Counted from the stretch's first letter, positions 1-10,797 are shown. The stretch is 32,000 nucleotides of DNA from Candidatus Saccharimonadota bacterium (GCA_004563595.2 CP042461.1:570001-602000); one strand, 5' to 3'. Notes: generated by a model not told the origin, from the sequence alone. Numbers and translations are program-made.

Positions 1-102
1 TCATTTATATTCTTTGTCTCGGTTGTAATTTTTAGTCAAAGCAATATTGAAAAACCCTGAAATATTAGTATCATTGCAACATCAAAAAAGATTAGAGGTT
101 AA
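1..102 (+). CDS. possible 3' end of an upstream CDS (hydrophobic tail ...FIFFVSVVIF...), frame uncertain
   Basis: Frame 1 is open from the window edge to TAA at 100-102, with one in-frame TGA at 58-60. Frames 2 and 3 stop at 26-28 and 33-35. A terminator hairpin overlaps or follows. About 100 nt is too little to fix the frame. Confidence 0.25.
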
Positions 103-120
103 TCTAATCTTTTATTTTTT
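89..120 (+). terminator. rho-independent terminator
   Basis: Stem agattaga (89-96) / tctaatct (103-110), 6-nt loop, then tttatttttt. Confidence 0.7.
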
Positions 121-258
121 TGAGTAGGGGTATTGATCTATTGCAGTATCATTATTTAAGTATTATTAATTCTACTTATTTTAGTTATTTCATATGATCA
201 GTCGGAATAATTACAATTATTATAAATTAGCTTCAAAATATTATTAACAACCCTTTTT

Positions 259-1506
259 ATGAAAAAAAACATACTTTTAACACTGATAATATTATCTATA
301 TTTATATTTACTACTCATGCTTATAATCTAAACAATAAAGACCAATTATTCATCAACAATATCACTCTGAAAATAGAAAAAATAATTTCTAAAAAATGAG
401 AAAAATATAGAAATCTATTTATTAATAAATTAACAAAATATTCTATAAAGTATAGGGATACAAAACCAAGATATTCAGAGATATTTATATGAGTTGCTGA
501 AAATATAACAATAGAAGCAATTCCTAAAAAATGTTATCTATGAATGGAAGTACCATCTGATTTAATGAGATTTTCAAAAGATTCTCCATGGAGACAAAAA
601 ATATTAAGCACTCAGACGCTTGATAGTAATTCGGATGCTATGATAGCAAACTTAAAAAAGATCCTTACCATTGATCTTAAAAAATCAAAAGCAGTATTAA
701 ATCCAAGCATTCAAAAATGGTCGTCACCAGTTCATATAATAGATAGTGATAACTGCGAACTATTTGACGTACAAAATGAAAACTGAAGTTACCATGACTC
801 TATTGATCCTGATAGGGATTGAATTATTAAGAACATACCAATACCAAAAGAAATTTGGGCAGAACCAGAAGTAGACTGACATACAATTTTGATCGATTTG
901 AATAAAAGAAAAGTTCGGGAATTTTCAAGGTTTCAACAGTTATCAAACTGAAAATATCAAGCGAGTACAGCTGCGATATGGGATCTAGATTCAAAATGAA
1001 TATGAAAAGCGTTTGATTGAAAAACTTGGTATAGGCAGTGAGTAAATGGAGCAGGAACGTCTTACTTTGGATGAATGATTACGTTTGAAGAAATGAAAGC
1101 CTGAAAAATTGAGCATGTACTTGCGGTGAGTACTCCAGCAAATAGGAAAAAAATGAGTAAATGATGAGCTTATAATTCTGAACTTTGTGCTGATGTAGCA
1201 ACAAGAACAGATGGATGGGGAATAGGACCAGAATTCATTTTAGAAGGTCAAAAAATTCAATTAAATCCAGATTTAGATCTTGATAAAATAGGCCTTTCTG
1301 AGAATGCAAAAATTATAGCAAGAGCATTGCAAGAGTATTGAGCATATGTAATGGATAATGCAAGATGATTTAATCTTATTATGCAAAACATGGATAGTGA
1401 TTGATCTGGAAAAACTTGGATAAAAGATTTTTCAGATGTAAATTTATTTGATATCCCCCTTGATGAATTTAGAGTGTTGAGTTGTGATAATGTAATGAGG
1501 AAATAA
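259..1506 (+). CDS. secreted hypothetical protein, 415 aa (code 25)
   Basis: ATG at 259, TAA at 1504-1506. About 19 in-frame TGA and no TAA/TAG. N-terminal signal peptide MKKNILLTLIILSIFIFTTHA. The track ORF 544-786 is an in-frame fragment. TGG is also used (SPW, EIW, DGWGIG), so TGA is not Trp. No family recognised. Confidence 0.8.
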
Positions 1507-1566
1507 CAAAATCAAACATAGCTATATTCATGTTTTGAATCTTTGCTCATTTGTAAAATGCTAATA

Positions 1567-1605
1567 AAAGAGAGGAATTAATCCCTCTCTTTTATGTTAT
1601 TTTTT
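1567..1605 (+). terminator. rho-independent terminator
   Basis: aaagagagga / tccctctcttt stem (one bulge) followed by a T-rich tract. Confidence 0.7.
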
Positions 1606-1666
1606 GACTTAAGTCTTTTTTCCATATATACTACATGAAAATATAATATACGTAATATCTGAAATA

Positions 1667-2074
1667 ATGGATAAAAAATTAAACATAAAAATCTACTGAG
1701 TAACAACTGTTTGACCGAAATGACAAGTAATTATTCCTCGTGATTGTAGGCCAGAATTTGGAATAAATATTTGAGATGACCGTCCTATTATAACAATTGA
1801 TAATATTGCTTTTGGTTTACCTAATCCAGATAATTGAGATGAAATATGCGAGGATGGTGAACTTGATGAGAAATCGATTGATTGTTTTTGATCTGTTAAA
1901 ATATGAACAAAACACCAATTTGTAATCCCAAGTGAGATCAGGAGTGCTCTTTGAATAAAGAGTTGAGATTCGTTAGTTGTTATATGAAAAGAGTGAGAAT
2001 GAATTTGATTCGTAAGAAATGATAATATAGATTATTTTTTTGCAATTATTAAAAAGAAATTAAGTTCAGTTTAA
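1667..2074 (+). CDS. AbrB/MazE/SpoVT-family DNA-binding protein with two tandem SpoVT-AbrB-like repeats, 135 aa
   Basis: ATG at 1667, TAA at 2072-2074, about 15 in-frame TGA. Repeat 1 is VGPKGQVIIPRDCRPEFGINIGDD. Repeat 2 is HQFVIPSEIRSALGIKSGDSLVVIG, matching the G-Q-v-x-IP-x-x-iR-x-x-lgi-x-x-GD signature of the swapped-hairpin fold. Confidence 0.75.
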
Positions 2075-2094
2075 TCCATTACTTTAGCTTTAAT

Positions 2095-2127
2095 AAAGAT
2101 GACAAGATACCTCATCTTTATTTTTTT
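2095..2127 (+). terminator. rho-independent terminator
   Basis: aaagatga (2095-2102) / tcatcttt (2112-2119), then a ttttttt run. Confidence 0.7.
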
Positions 2128-2148
2128 GTCTAAAAAAAAGGAATATAT

Positions 2149-2177
2149 TTGACAAAGAGGGTATGAAAAAGTATACT
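2149..2177 (+). promoter_or_regulatory. sigma70-type promoter for the MFP-RND operon
   Basis: TTGACA (2149-2154), 17-nt spacer, TATACT (2172-2177), about 40 nt upstream of the ATG at 2218. Confidence 0.5.
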
Positions 2178-2217
2178 AAGTTGTATACAAAATCATACTT
2201 TTTTAAATAATCTAAAT

Positions 2218-4053
2218 ATGAAAAATTTCTTAGCTCCTTTGTTTTTACTTGTATTTATTACAAGTTGTAGTGTAGAAGGACAGAATATTGAAGTAAGTGA
2301 AAGTACTCCTGAGATAGAAAGGGAACAATTTGTTGTTTGATGAAAAAAGAATAATTTTTCAAACATATATGGGAACATCTTGAATAATAATTCAAAAGAG
2401 TTAGTGGCTCATACAAATGGTCAAATAGATTATCTTGCATGTCAGGTTTGAGCTGAAGTTGATTCAGAAACACTAATAGCAAAAATTAGTCCTGATGTTG
2501 CTGATACTTTTTATAAAAATAATGTCATTCAACTCAACTCTTTAAGAGAACAGATTTTAAATCAAAATAATATTCGTAGATCTACTTTATTAAACTTTGA
2601 TAGTCAAATTAAACAACTCGCTTTTCAAGAGAATGATCTGAATACTCAATTAATAAATTTAGATAATAATCTAGGAATTCTAAAGAATCAAAAAGATCTT
2701 ACGGGTAATGATATATGATTACAATTAGAATCAATTATAGAACAAATAAGTAACTTAGAAGAATCAAAAGCACTTTTAGAGCAAAATAAAAAAGAAACCC
2801 TCAAGGATATAGTGGTAAACATAGAGAATTTAAAACAACAAATCTATAATACAGGAAATAAAAGTTTAGAAAAACTTGATGAAATATTTTGAGTTTCAAG
2901 CGAAAATAAAGATGAAAATGATGAATTTGAAGATTTTCTATGAGCAAAAAATTCAGCCTTAAAAGCAGAAACTGAAAGACAAATAACATATTTCCTGAGC
3001 AAAGGAGGTGCAAGTTTGGAGAATCTTTCTGATGAAGACCTTTCAAATGAAATAAAGAAACTCTCAGACCTTCTGAAAGATGCTGCTGAGGTAATGAGTA
3101 ACTCTATTGAAAGTGAATGAACATTTTCTAAAACTACCATTGATAGTTTATATAATGAGTTTTTATGATATTCTGATGCTGTTTTATGATACAAAACAAA
3201 CTTTGATAAATTAAGAAATGCTATTGGTACTACTTGATTAAAATTTGATTCAGATTTAAAAGTTCTTGAATGAAGTTTAACAACCTTGAATAACCAAAAA
3301 ACAAATATAGAAAATAACGGGAGTCAAAATTCTGATTTAACATTTGATACGAATATCAATAACTTAGAAAATCAGATCGATTCTTTAAAAATATCTTTAA
3401 AAAATACATCTGAACAAATAACCAACACAAAAGAAAGTAAAATAAGTAACATTAATCAAATAGATATTCAAATTAGCCAAATACAAGACTCTATTTCAAG
3501 AACTTCAGTACTATTACAATGAGAAAAAATATACGCAACTTTTCCATGAATAGTAAAAGAAAAAAAAGTAAAAGAGGGGAATGTAGTAAGTACAGGGACA
3601 CCTATATGTGTGATTGTACCTGAGTATAATTCACTGAAATTAGAAGTCTATTCTCCAAATGTGTTACAACTTGGGAGTCAGTTTAAGTATTATAAAGAAT
3701 GAGAATTTTTATGAACTGGGTCAATTATGACTGAATCTCCAGTAAAAAATATTCAAACACAAAATTATACATATGAATGAAGTATTAATTATTCTCAATT
3801 AAAAGAAGGAGATTATTTGGATATAGTCGTTACAAATAAAGAAAGTTGAAATGATTCTTTATGAGAATCAAAAAAAGACCTTGAAATCTGGTTACCTATT
3901 ACGTATGTGAAACCAAGACTTGAATGATACTTTGTTTCTGTTATTGATTCTGATGGAAGTATTTCTGAAAGGAGTATTGATATATGAAGAATGAATTATG
4001 GTGAAGTTCAAGTAATATCTTGATTGGAGTTAGGAGATACTATATCTAAATAA
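2218..4053 (+). CDS. efflux membrane-fusion (periplasmic adaptor, HlyD/RND-MFP family) lipoprotein with a very long helical insert, 611 aa
   Basis: Lipobox LVFITSC. Lipoyl half-motifs GQIDYLACQVGAEV (about aa 68-81) and IYATFPGIVKEKKVKEGNVVSTGTPICVIV (about aa 438-467) are separated by about 335 Asn/Leu/Glu/Lys/Ser-rich residues. TAA at 4051-4053. The track ORF 3286-3522 is in frame. The RND gene starts 21 nt downstream. Confidence 0.85.
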
Positions 4054-4074
4054 TAATTATATAAGAAATTTTTT

Positions 4075-7000
4075 ATGATAATAAAATTTATACAATCAAA
4101 AACGGTTTTCATTTGGAGTCTCATTGCGCTTGGTTTCATTGTATGATTCAATGCCTTGAACTCTATACCCAAAGAAGAAAACCCATCGATTAGTCTTCCT
4201 AAGTTTGTTATTAATACTTTTTATTTTTGAGGTGATCCAAAAACAATAGAAAAAGAAATTACAGAGAAATTAGAAGATGAATTTAAATCTATTACTTGAA
4301 TTAAAAAGATAAGTTCTGTATCGGGTTTTAATGTCTCAACTGTAATAGTAGATTTTTATGATAATAAAGGAAGAATTGAGGCAAAAAGTGACTTAAAGGA
4401 CAAAATTGATAAAGTATCCGGATGATTCCCAATATGAACTCAGACTTCTGTAGTAACTCATATAAATCCAGATGATACTCCTGTCTATTCTTTTGCAGTT
4501 ACTGGTGACCTCTTTGCTAGGGACCTCTATGATAGATCTAAAGGTTTAGAAGATAATTTTAAATGAATAAAGGGGGTATCAGATGTAATTGTGATATGAG
4601 AACCAGACAAAAAAATCAATGTTTTTGTTGATTATAACAAAATGAATAGGTTTTGAATATCACTGGATAGTGTTGTTGGTATTTTAAAATGAACCTTTGT
4701 AAGTGCACCATCTGATAAAAAATCAATTGATGGAAGTCTGTATTCTTATGAGATCGTCAGTTATGAAAAAAATATCCCTGATATCGTAGAAAGGCTCTAT
4801 AATAAAGATATTGTAAATCTAAACTCTCAAAGTATTAAATTGAGAGATATAGCAAATATTACATATGAAGAAATAAGTTTACGTCAAAAAGCATTTTTTG
4901 ACCAGAATAACAATAATACAAATGCAATCAGCTTCAATATAAAAGTTTCTCCAGGAACAGATGTTGAATCTGTAATTAAACAGGTATTAGAGTATACCGA
5001 TGATTTTGCTGCTAAGAATAGTGATCTACAAGTAGTAGAGACTTTTTCTAAATTATTGTCTATAGATGATATGTTTGATACATTCCTTTCGAACTTTTGG
5101 CAAACAGGAGTGTTGATCCTTATTATTCTTATTATTTTTATTGGATCAAGATTAGCTTTGGGAGTAGGTATTGCTTTCCCACTTGCATATTTCTTCACTT
5201 TTATTTATTTATCATTTGTTTGATATACATTTAATACCATAGTATCTTTTTCTCTGGTGTTGAGTCTGTGAATCATGGTAGATAATCTGATTGTTGTCAG
5301 TGAATGAATCTCAAAAGAATTAAAGAAATGAATCTGATTTTGGACTGCGTATCAAAACACACTCGATACTTACCTATGGTCAATTGTTGCTTGAACTCTG
5401 ACAACGATTGCTATATTTCTTCCTATTAATTTTATGGTTGAGTGAATGGTATGACAATTTATAGCACCTTTGAGTATTACCATTACCGGTACTCTTATCG
5501 CATCGTTATTTGTATCTCTGCTATTACTTCCTGTAATACTTTCTAAAATATTGTGAAAGGGGAATGTAGGTAAGGAAACTAAATGATCTCAAGCATTGAG
5601 TCGTTCAGCAGTTTATATTTCAAAACTTACAGAAAAAGTTCTTCAAACAAAAAAGAAGATGCTTTTAGTTATTGTATCTTTTTGGGCACTTCTATTTTTT
5701 GCATTTTCTTTGGTTTGAAGTGGAGTTATTAAAAATGATTTCCTACCAGCTACTGATGAAGAAAATGCTTGGGTAAATATTAAGTATTCAGCAGGAACTT
5801 CACTTCCAAAAAATCAAGAGTATACAAATATTGTTATTGACTCAGTGAAACAATATTTAGATGAGAACTTCCCAGAACATGTAAGATTTATTGAGATAAA
5901 TATATGAAACCTCTATTCTACAGATGCTGCAACTTCTGCTTCTAATCCAACTGCAGATAATCAAGCATACTTGAATCTCAGATTTGTAGATGAGGATCAG
6001 AGAGAGAACCTTTCATTTGAAGTAGTTGAATCTTTACAGAAGTATCTCAATGCAAATATTAAATCAAAATATGATTTTATAAGTGATATCTATACTGTTT
6101 CATGAGTAGGGTTAGCATGATGAAAACCGGTTTGATTTTATATTATTTGAAAAGATTTAGAACAAATAACTGCTTACATAAAAAAAATTCGTCCGGAAGT
6201 AGAAAATATAACTTGAGTTTTTAATGTCACAACAAATTTAGAATATACAAATGGTACTATCAGGTATTTAATAGATACCAACAAAGCTCAACGTAATAAT
6301 TTGGATCCAAGCTCAGTAGTTCAATTACTTTCATCATTGAAAAATTCAGATTACTTACCAAATGGATTAGCTATAACAAACTTTAGTGATGTTGCTGATG
6401 AACAAGTGAATCTGAACTTATTCACAAATTATCAAGGAAATGTAGAAGATTTAAAGATTTGAGAAAATTTTGTATCAAAGATAACAGAAAAAAAGGAGAT
6501 TTTACCTCAACTAAAAAATATAGCTCATCTAGATGGGAACCTACAAGTTATTATTGAATCAGATAAAGAAGCAGCTACACCTCTTTGAGGTATTACGCAA
6601 GCGATAGATCAGATTATTAAGACACATGGATTGCCTGAATGATTAAGCTTTCGTTATAATGATAATATTAGTGATCAAAACGAATCTATGTGAGGTTTAT
6701 GAGCTGCATTTTGAACTGGATTCCTGTTAATGTTACTTATCTTGATATTCCAATTTAATAGTTTTAAGTATGCGATTATCGTAATGACCTCCACTTTTCT
6801 ATCTATTATTTGAGCTATTTTTACTCTGGGGCTCTTAGGTTTACCACTGAGTTTTCCTGCTCAATTATGACTCTTTGGTGTTATTTGAGTATGAGTAAAT
6901 AATGCGATTCTTTTTATAGATACCTATATCTCAGAAATGAGAAAAAATACGAATCTGAGCTCTCAAGATTTGAAAACTTTACTTGTTGAGACGGTTCAGC

Positions 7001-7185
7001 ATAGATTTTCACCTATATTTTTAACAAGTCTTACGACTATTGCTTGATTGGTAACTCTTGCATTAAAGGATGCGTTATGGTGAAGTTTAGCTATTGCTTT
7101 TATTGGTTGATTATTACTAAACATATTTATGGTTATAGTATACCTTCCTTCAATTTTGTACCTTACAGAAAAGAAAAATAAGTAA
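4075..7185 (+). CDS. RND-superfamily efflux transporter (AcrB/HAE-like), 1036 aa
   Basis: ATG at 4075, TAA at 7183-7185, dozens of in-frame TGA and no TAA/TAG. AcrB-like motifs SLVLSLGIMVDNLIVVSEGI and FGVIGVGVNNAILFIDT. Twelve-TM-like layout with two large loops. The track ORF 4840-5223 is in frame. Confidence 0.9.
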
Positions 7186-7236
7186 TTAATAAGCATCTTC
7201 TCTAAAATATAATTCTCTTATTGTACCTATATAATC

Positions 7237-7371
7237 ATGAAAGACTTCAAAGATCAAATGCTAGAATTAGCAAATAAAGAATGAATAGACAAAGTAGAAG
7301 AATACTTAGGTGATATTTGATATGGGGAGAGTCTGAAGAAAGAGATTCTAGATTTTATAAATTATTTATAA
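7237..7371 (+). CDS. small hypothetical protein, 44 aa
   Basis: ATG at 7237, TAA at 7369-7371, two in-frame TGA, no SD. It lies between the RND stop and the terminator. Weak support. Confidence 0.3.
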
Positions 7372-7393
7372 AATCTAGATATTAAATAATAGA

Positions 7394-7432
7394 AAAGAAG
7401 CACTCATATAATTAAAATGAGTGCTTCTTTTT
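7394..7432. terminator. bidirectional rho-independent terminator
   Basis: 14-bp stem aaagaagcactcat (7394-7407) / atgagtgcttcttt (7417-7430), lying between convergent genes. Confidence 0.8.
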
Positions 7433-7446
7433 AAAATTATGAAATG

Positions 7447-7848
7447 TTATTTAAATGGATTGTGTCATTTTTTAATAAAATTTTCAATAGGAACAAATAA
7501 TGGTTTCGGGAAATTATCCCGTTCAAACCAGTTCCATGCTTCAAATTTTTCAGGCTCCATTATCCTTACCTCTCAATAATCATATTTTGCAGACATCATA
7601 ATAGTAACATAATGTTTATTCTCAAGGTCAAAGATGTCATTCGTTGCAGTGCAGAAAGAAATATTTTTGATATGAATTCATGTTTCTTCCATTGTTTCTC
7701 TTGTAGCACAATCCTCCCATGATTCTTTAAACTCCAAATGTCATCCAGGGAAGCTCCATGAGCCATCTCAATGAGAATTTTTTCTTTTTCAAAGGAGTAC
7801 TTTGTTATCCTTGATAATCATTACTCATACTCATACTTTTGTTACCAT
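7447..7848 (-). CDS. Nudix hydrolase, 133 aa
   Basis: Minus-strand ATG (cat at 7846-7848), TAA (tta at 7447-7449). Complete Nudix box [24 protein letters not shown]. Eight in-frame TGA, including the second G of GGHLE. Confidence 0.9.
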
Positions 7849-7905
7849 GATTTTTAGCTATGGAATAATTATATATACTATATGTAAAACTAAATCTTAT
7901 CAAAG

Positions 7906-7946
7906 ACAAAAAATAAAAGGCTCCAGGAATTATCCTGGGCCTTTGT
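7906..7946 (-). terminator. rho-independent terminator of 7952-8413
   Basis: aggctccagga / tcctgggcct stem (one bulge). The minus-strand downstream sequence is T-rich (ccttttattttttg). Confidence 0.65.
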
Positions 7947-7951
7947 TTTAT

Positions 7952-8413
7952 TTATACTACAGCTTTAACTACTGGAGTAGCTTTTAATACTCCGGATTCT
8001 ATAAGTCTTTCTCGAATAATATCATTATCTTCAGAGAAGTTTTCAAACTTAGAAACCTGATTAGCATATGTTATGCTAAATTCACCAGAAATATAAAAAT
8101 CACACTCAAACCATACTTTTCCATTATTAGGAATTTTAAGTAAAACAGCACTTTCTCCACCTTCTGTTTTGTATGCTATTGGTACAAGATATTCAGAGAT
8201 ACCTACTAATTCTCTTATTTCGGAAGAATAAATAAGCATAACCTTCATGTATAAACTTTGGAATTTTACTTCTTCAGCTTCCTTATTTACTTCATTTATT
8301 ATTATTGTAACCCCTTTTTGATATTTTTGGAACCATTTAACTAAACAATATGTCATGATTCCTCCTAGTATTACCACTACCATTAGAATTATCTTTTCTA
8401 TAGTAATATTCAT
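7952..8413 (-). CDS. hypothetical membrane-anchored protein, 153 aa (SD-led, TGA-free class)
   Basis: Intact in both code 11 and code 25, TAA stop. N-terminal TM IILMVVVILGGIMTYCLV. SD AGGAA lies 6 nt before the ATG. All 9 Gly are GGN. An in-frame TAA lies 10 codons upstream of the ATG. Confidence 0.75.
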   Translation of the reverse strand: MNITIEKIILMVVVILGGIMTYCLVKWFQKYQKGVTIIINEVNKEAEEVKFQSLYMKVMLIYSSEIRELVGISEYLVPIAYKTEGGESAVLLKIPNNGKVWFECDFYISGEFSITYANQVSKFENFSEDNDIIRERLIESGVLKATPVVKAVV

Positions 8414-8456
8414 TCTAATTTCCTGAAGAGTGATATTTAATTTTTACAATAACAGA

Positions 8457-8484
8457 ATTATAATAAATTGGTAAAATATGTCAA
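8457..8484 (-). promoter_or_regulatory. near-consensus sigma70 promoter for 7952-8413
   Basis: On the minus strand: TTGACA (8484-8479), 16-nt spacer, TATAAT (8462-8457). Confidence 0.55.
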
Positions 8485-8504
8485 AAAAATATGAGGATAA
8501 AATA

Positions 8505-8531
8505 AAAACTCGCTGTATTTAGCGAGTTTTT
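8505..8531 (-). terminator. rho-independent terminator of 8586-9113
   Basis: aaaactcgct (8505-8514) / agcgagtttt (8521-8530). Confidence 0.7.
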
Positions 8532-8585
8532 AATGTTGTAATAAAGTCGAGGAATCTAAATTGTTAGATCCTTTTTGTTTATTAA

Positions 8586-9113
8586 TTAGAGAAGACCTCT
8601 TCTAGGTGGTAAGTCCAATTTAAAATTACTATTATTTTTAAAATTACTATCATCACAAAAAAAAATTTCGGATAATTCTCCACTGATTAGTTTTTTTTGT
8701 TTTCCAAAAAGGCTACTTATTAGGTCACTCATAAATGGTATATACCATTCCTTACAATAACCAGGTAGGGTCATTGGAAAATACATATTTATTCTATCAG
8801 ATTCTATTACATTTTCTAACCCTGTTCGTTTGGGAAGATTATTTTCAACAATACTAAAGGACTGATATTCACCACTGACAGTTAGTATATATTCTACTCT
8901 CCATTGCGATGGGTCATCTTTAGGAATACGAATATTTCTAGCTCTTTCATTTAGATACTCAGCCTGTTTAAGAAGAGCATATCCTTTTTTAAAACCACCG
9001 TTTTCAAGTGTATCAAAAAACCAACCTGGGTCAGTAAATATAATTTGAGGTAAAATTTTTTTATTGCCCTCACATTCATAAAAATCAACTTCCGTAAATT
9101 CCCTGATTTTCAT
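8586..9113 (-). CDS. hypothetical protein, 175 aa (SD-led, TGA-free class)
   Basis: Intact standard ORF with a TAA stop. SD AGGAGG lies 6 nt before the ATG. All 11 Gly are GGN. An in-frame TAA lies upstream of the ATG. No family recognised. Confidence 0.8.
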   Translation of the reverse strand: MKIREFTEVDFYECEGNKKILPQIIFTDPGWFFDTLENGGFKKGYALLKQAEYLNERARNIRIPKDDPSQWRVEYILTVSGEYQSFSIVENNLPKRTGLENVIESDRINMYFPMTLPGYCKEWYIPFMSDLISSLFGKQKKLISGELSEIFFCDDSNFKNNSNFKLDLPPRRGLL

Positions 9114-9153
9114 ATTTTTCCTCCTGTATATAGAAAATTAACATGTAAATATA

Positions 9154-9181
9154 TATATACTTTTAATTATAAATAAGTCAA
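9154..9181 (-). promoter_or_regulatory. putative sigma70 promoter for 8586-9113
   Basis: On the minus strand: TTGACT (9181-9176), 16-nt spacer, TATATA (9159-9154). Confidence 0.4.
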
Positions 9182-9475
9182 GAATACTATGTTAGTATTT
9201 ATTATGGAATATTATATTTTATATAGACCATAGATAAAAAGTACTTTAATTTTTTATTAATTACTTCTTACTTAAATACCTCTTAATATCACTAGTTATA
9301 ATACAAAGCGTAACCTCGAGAATTACAATGTTACGAAACATAAATCTTTATTTGTATACTTAAATATATTTTTTGTCTTAAATAAAAATATGAAAAAAAT
9401 AAGATACCAAAAAATGAATAATAAGAGTATACAAAGAAAAAACAAAATAATTTTAAATAAATAAATACACATATT

Positions 9476-10018
9476 ATGAATAATAAACTTTTATCGGCTT
9501 TATTGATAGCCGGAGTCACTGCTACTTGATTTGCTTGAATATCAAACGCTGATGAATCGAATGCAGATACAACTACAAATACAGTAAAAGAATTTAAAAA
9601 ATTTAATTGAGATCATGGATCTAGAGGTTGAAACCATAAATGAGGAAACTTAACAGATGATGAAAAAGCGGCTATAGATTCTATGACTGATGATGAGAAA
9701 AGAGAATTCTTTGAAGCTAAAAGAACAGAACATAAAGCTAGTAGAGATGCTAAAGAGACTGTAATAGATACTTTACTTGCTTGAGATGCATTAAGCACTG
9801 ACCAAGAAACTCTTAGGGCTGAAATTATTAGTGAGAGAGCTGAGAGAAAGATAAAACAAGTTGAAAGAGAAACTCAAAGGGAAGAAATGAAAGCTCTTTT
9901 TGATAAAAAGAAAGCTTGAGAAGATTTAACTGATTGAGAAATTGCACAATTAGAAGAATTTAAATCTAAGCATAAAGGTTGAAAAAAGTGAAAATGAAGA
10001 CATTTTGATAGAAAATAA
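9476..10018 (+). CDS. secreted Lys/Glu-rich helical protein, 180 aa; loosely CpxP/Spy/ZraP-like
   Basis: Signal peptide MNNKLLSALLIAGVTATGFAGISNA. Three L(T/S)-D-x-E/Q repeats (LTDDEK, LSTDQE, LTDGEI) resemble the LTxxQ motif but do not match it. About 10 TGA. TAA at 10016-10018. It sits directly upstream of a two-component system. Confidence 0.7.
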
Positions 10019-10028
10019 TATTTATTTT

Positions 10029-10058
10029 AAAAGACTAGAATTTTTCTAGTCTTTTTTC
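10029..10058 (+). terminator. rho-independent terminator
   Basis: aaaagactagaa / ttctagtctttt stem followed by a T-run. Confidence 0.75.
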
Positions 10059-10131
10059 TTAAACACTTCTTACTTTCCATCCTTATGATAATATATATAA
10101 AATTTTAAAAATAGTTTTTAAATATAAAACA

Positions 10132-10794
10132 ATGAGAGTATTAGTAGTAGAAGATAATGAAATACTATCCAGAAACTTAGTGAAATACCTGATAGCAAGG
10201 GATATATTTACTGAAGTATCTTTGGATTGAGAAGAGTGATATAGAAAAGCTATTTCTAATTATTATGATGTACTCGTGTTGGATATAAATCTTCCTTGAA
10301 TGAATTGATATGAAATATGTAAGCAAATAAGAGAAAAAGAGAAAGATATCTCAATTATTATGCTTACTTCAATGTGAACAAATGATGATATAGTTACTGG
10401 GTTAGACGCGTGAGCTGATGATTACGTAGTGAAACCATTTGAATATACTGAATTGCTTGCAAGAATGAATGCTATTACAAGAAGAAAAATGGCGAATAGA
10501 AGTAATACACTTATCAAAATATGAGATATTATGCTTGATTTAAAACAAGTTGAAGTCAGAAAAGCATGAAAAATTATTAAAATGTCTACACTAGAGTATG
10601 ACTTATTTAAATATTTGGCACAAAATAGATGAGTGGCACTATCAAGACAAAAAATATATGAAAATGTATGGGGAGAGTTTGATATTGATTTTATGTTTTC
10701 TAAAACAATAGATGTTTATATATGATATTTGAGAAAAAAACTTTGAAAAGAGCTTATAGAAACGAGAAAAGGTTTTTGATTTTTAATAAGGTAA
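10132..10794 (+). CDS. OmpR/PhoB-family response regulator, 220 aa
   Basis: Receiver motifs VLVVEDN, DINLP-G-MN-G, GLDA-G-ADDYVVKPF. Winged-helix C-terminus DVYIGYLRKKLGKELIETRKGFGFLIR. 12 Gly are encoded by TGA and 3 by GGN (hand count). Confidence 0.93.
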
Positions 10795-10797
10795 ATT

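Noticed and set aside
2193-3194. Minus-strand track ORFs 2193-2378, 2258-2482, 2801-3046 and 2844-3194.
   Set aside because: They are antisense to the membrane-fusion protein gene. Long antisense ORFs are expected opposite an AT-rich, Lys/Asn/Glu-rich coding sequence. They have no SD, promoter or motifs.
4884-7196. Minus-strand track ORFs 4884-5198 and 6996-7196.
   Set aside because: They are antisense to the RND transporter, whose frame is supported by AcrB-family motifs along its whole length.
9300-9340. Small hairpin cgtaac...gttacg in the long 9114-9475 spacer as a possible tRNA or small RNA.
   Set aside because: It has a single 6-bp stem, no cloverleaf, no T-loop or anticodon-arm features, and no terminator. 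I found no tRNA-like GC-rich segment anywhere in the window.
9331-9519. Minus-strand ORF 9331-9519 (62 aa, Phe/Tyr/Ile-rich).
   Set aside because: It is a low-complexity translation of an AT-rich intergenic region. It overlaps the start of the well-supported signal-peptide gene at 9476 and has no SD.
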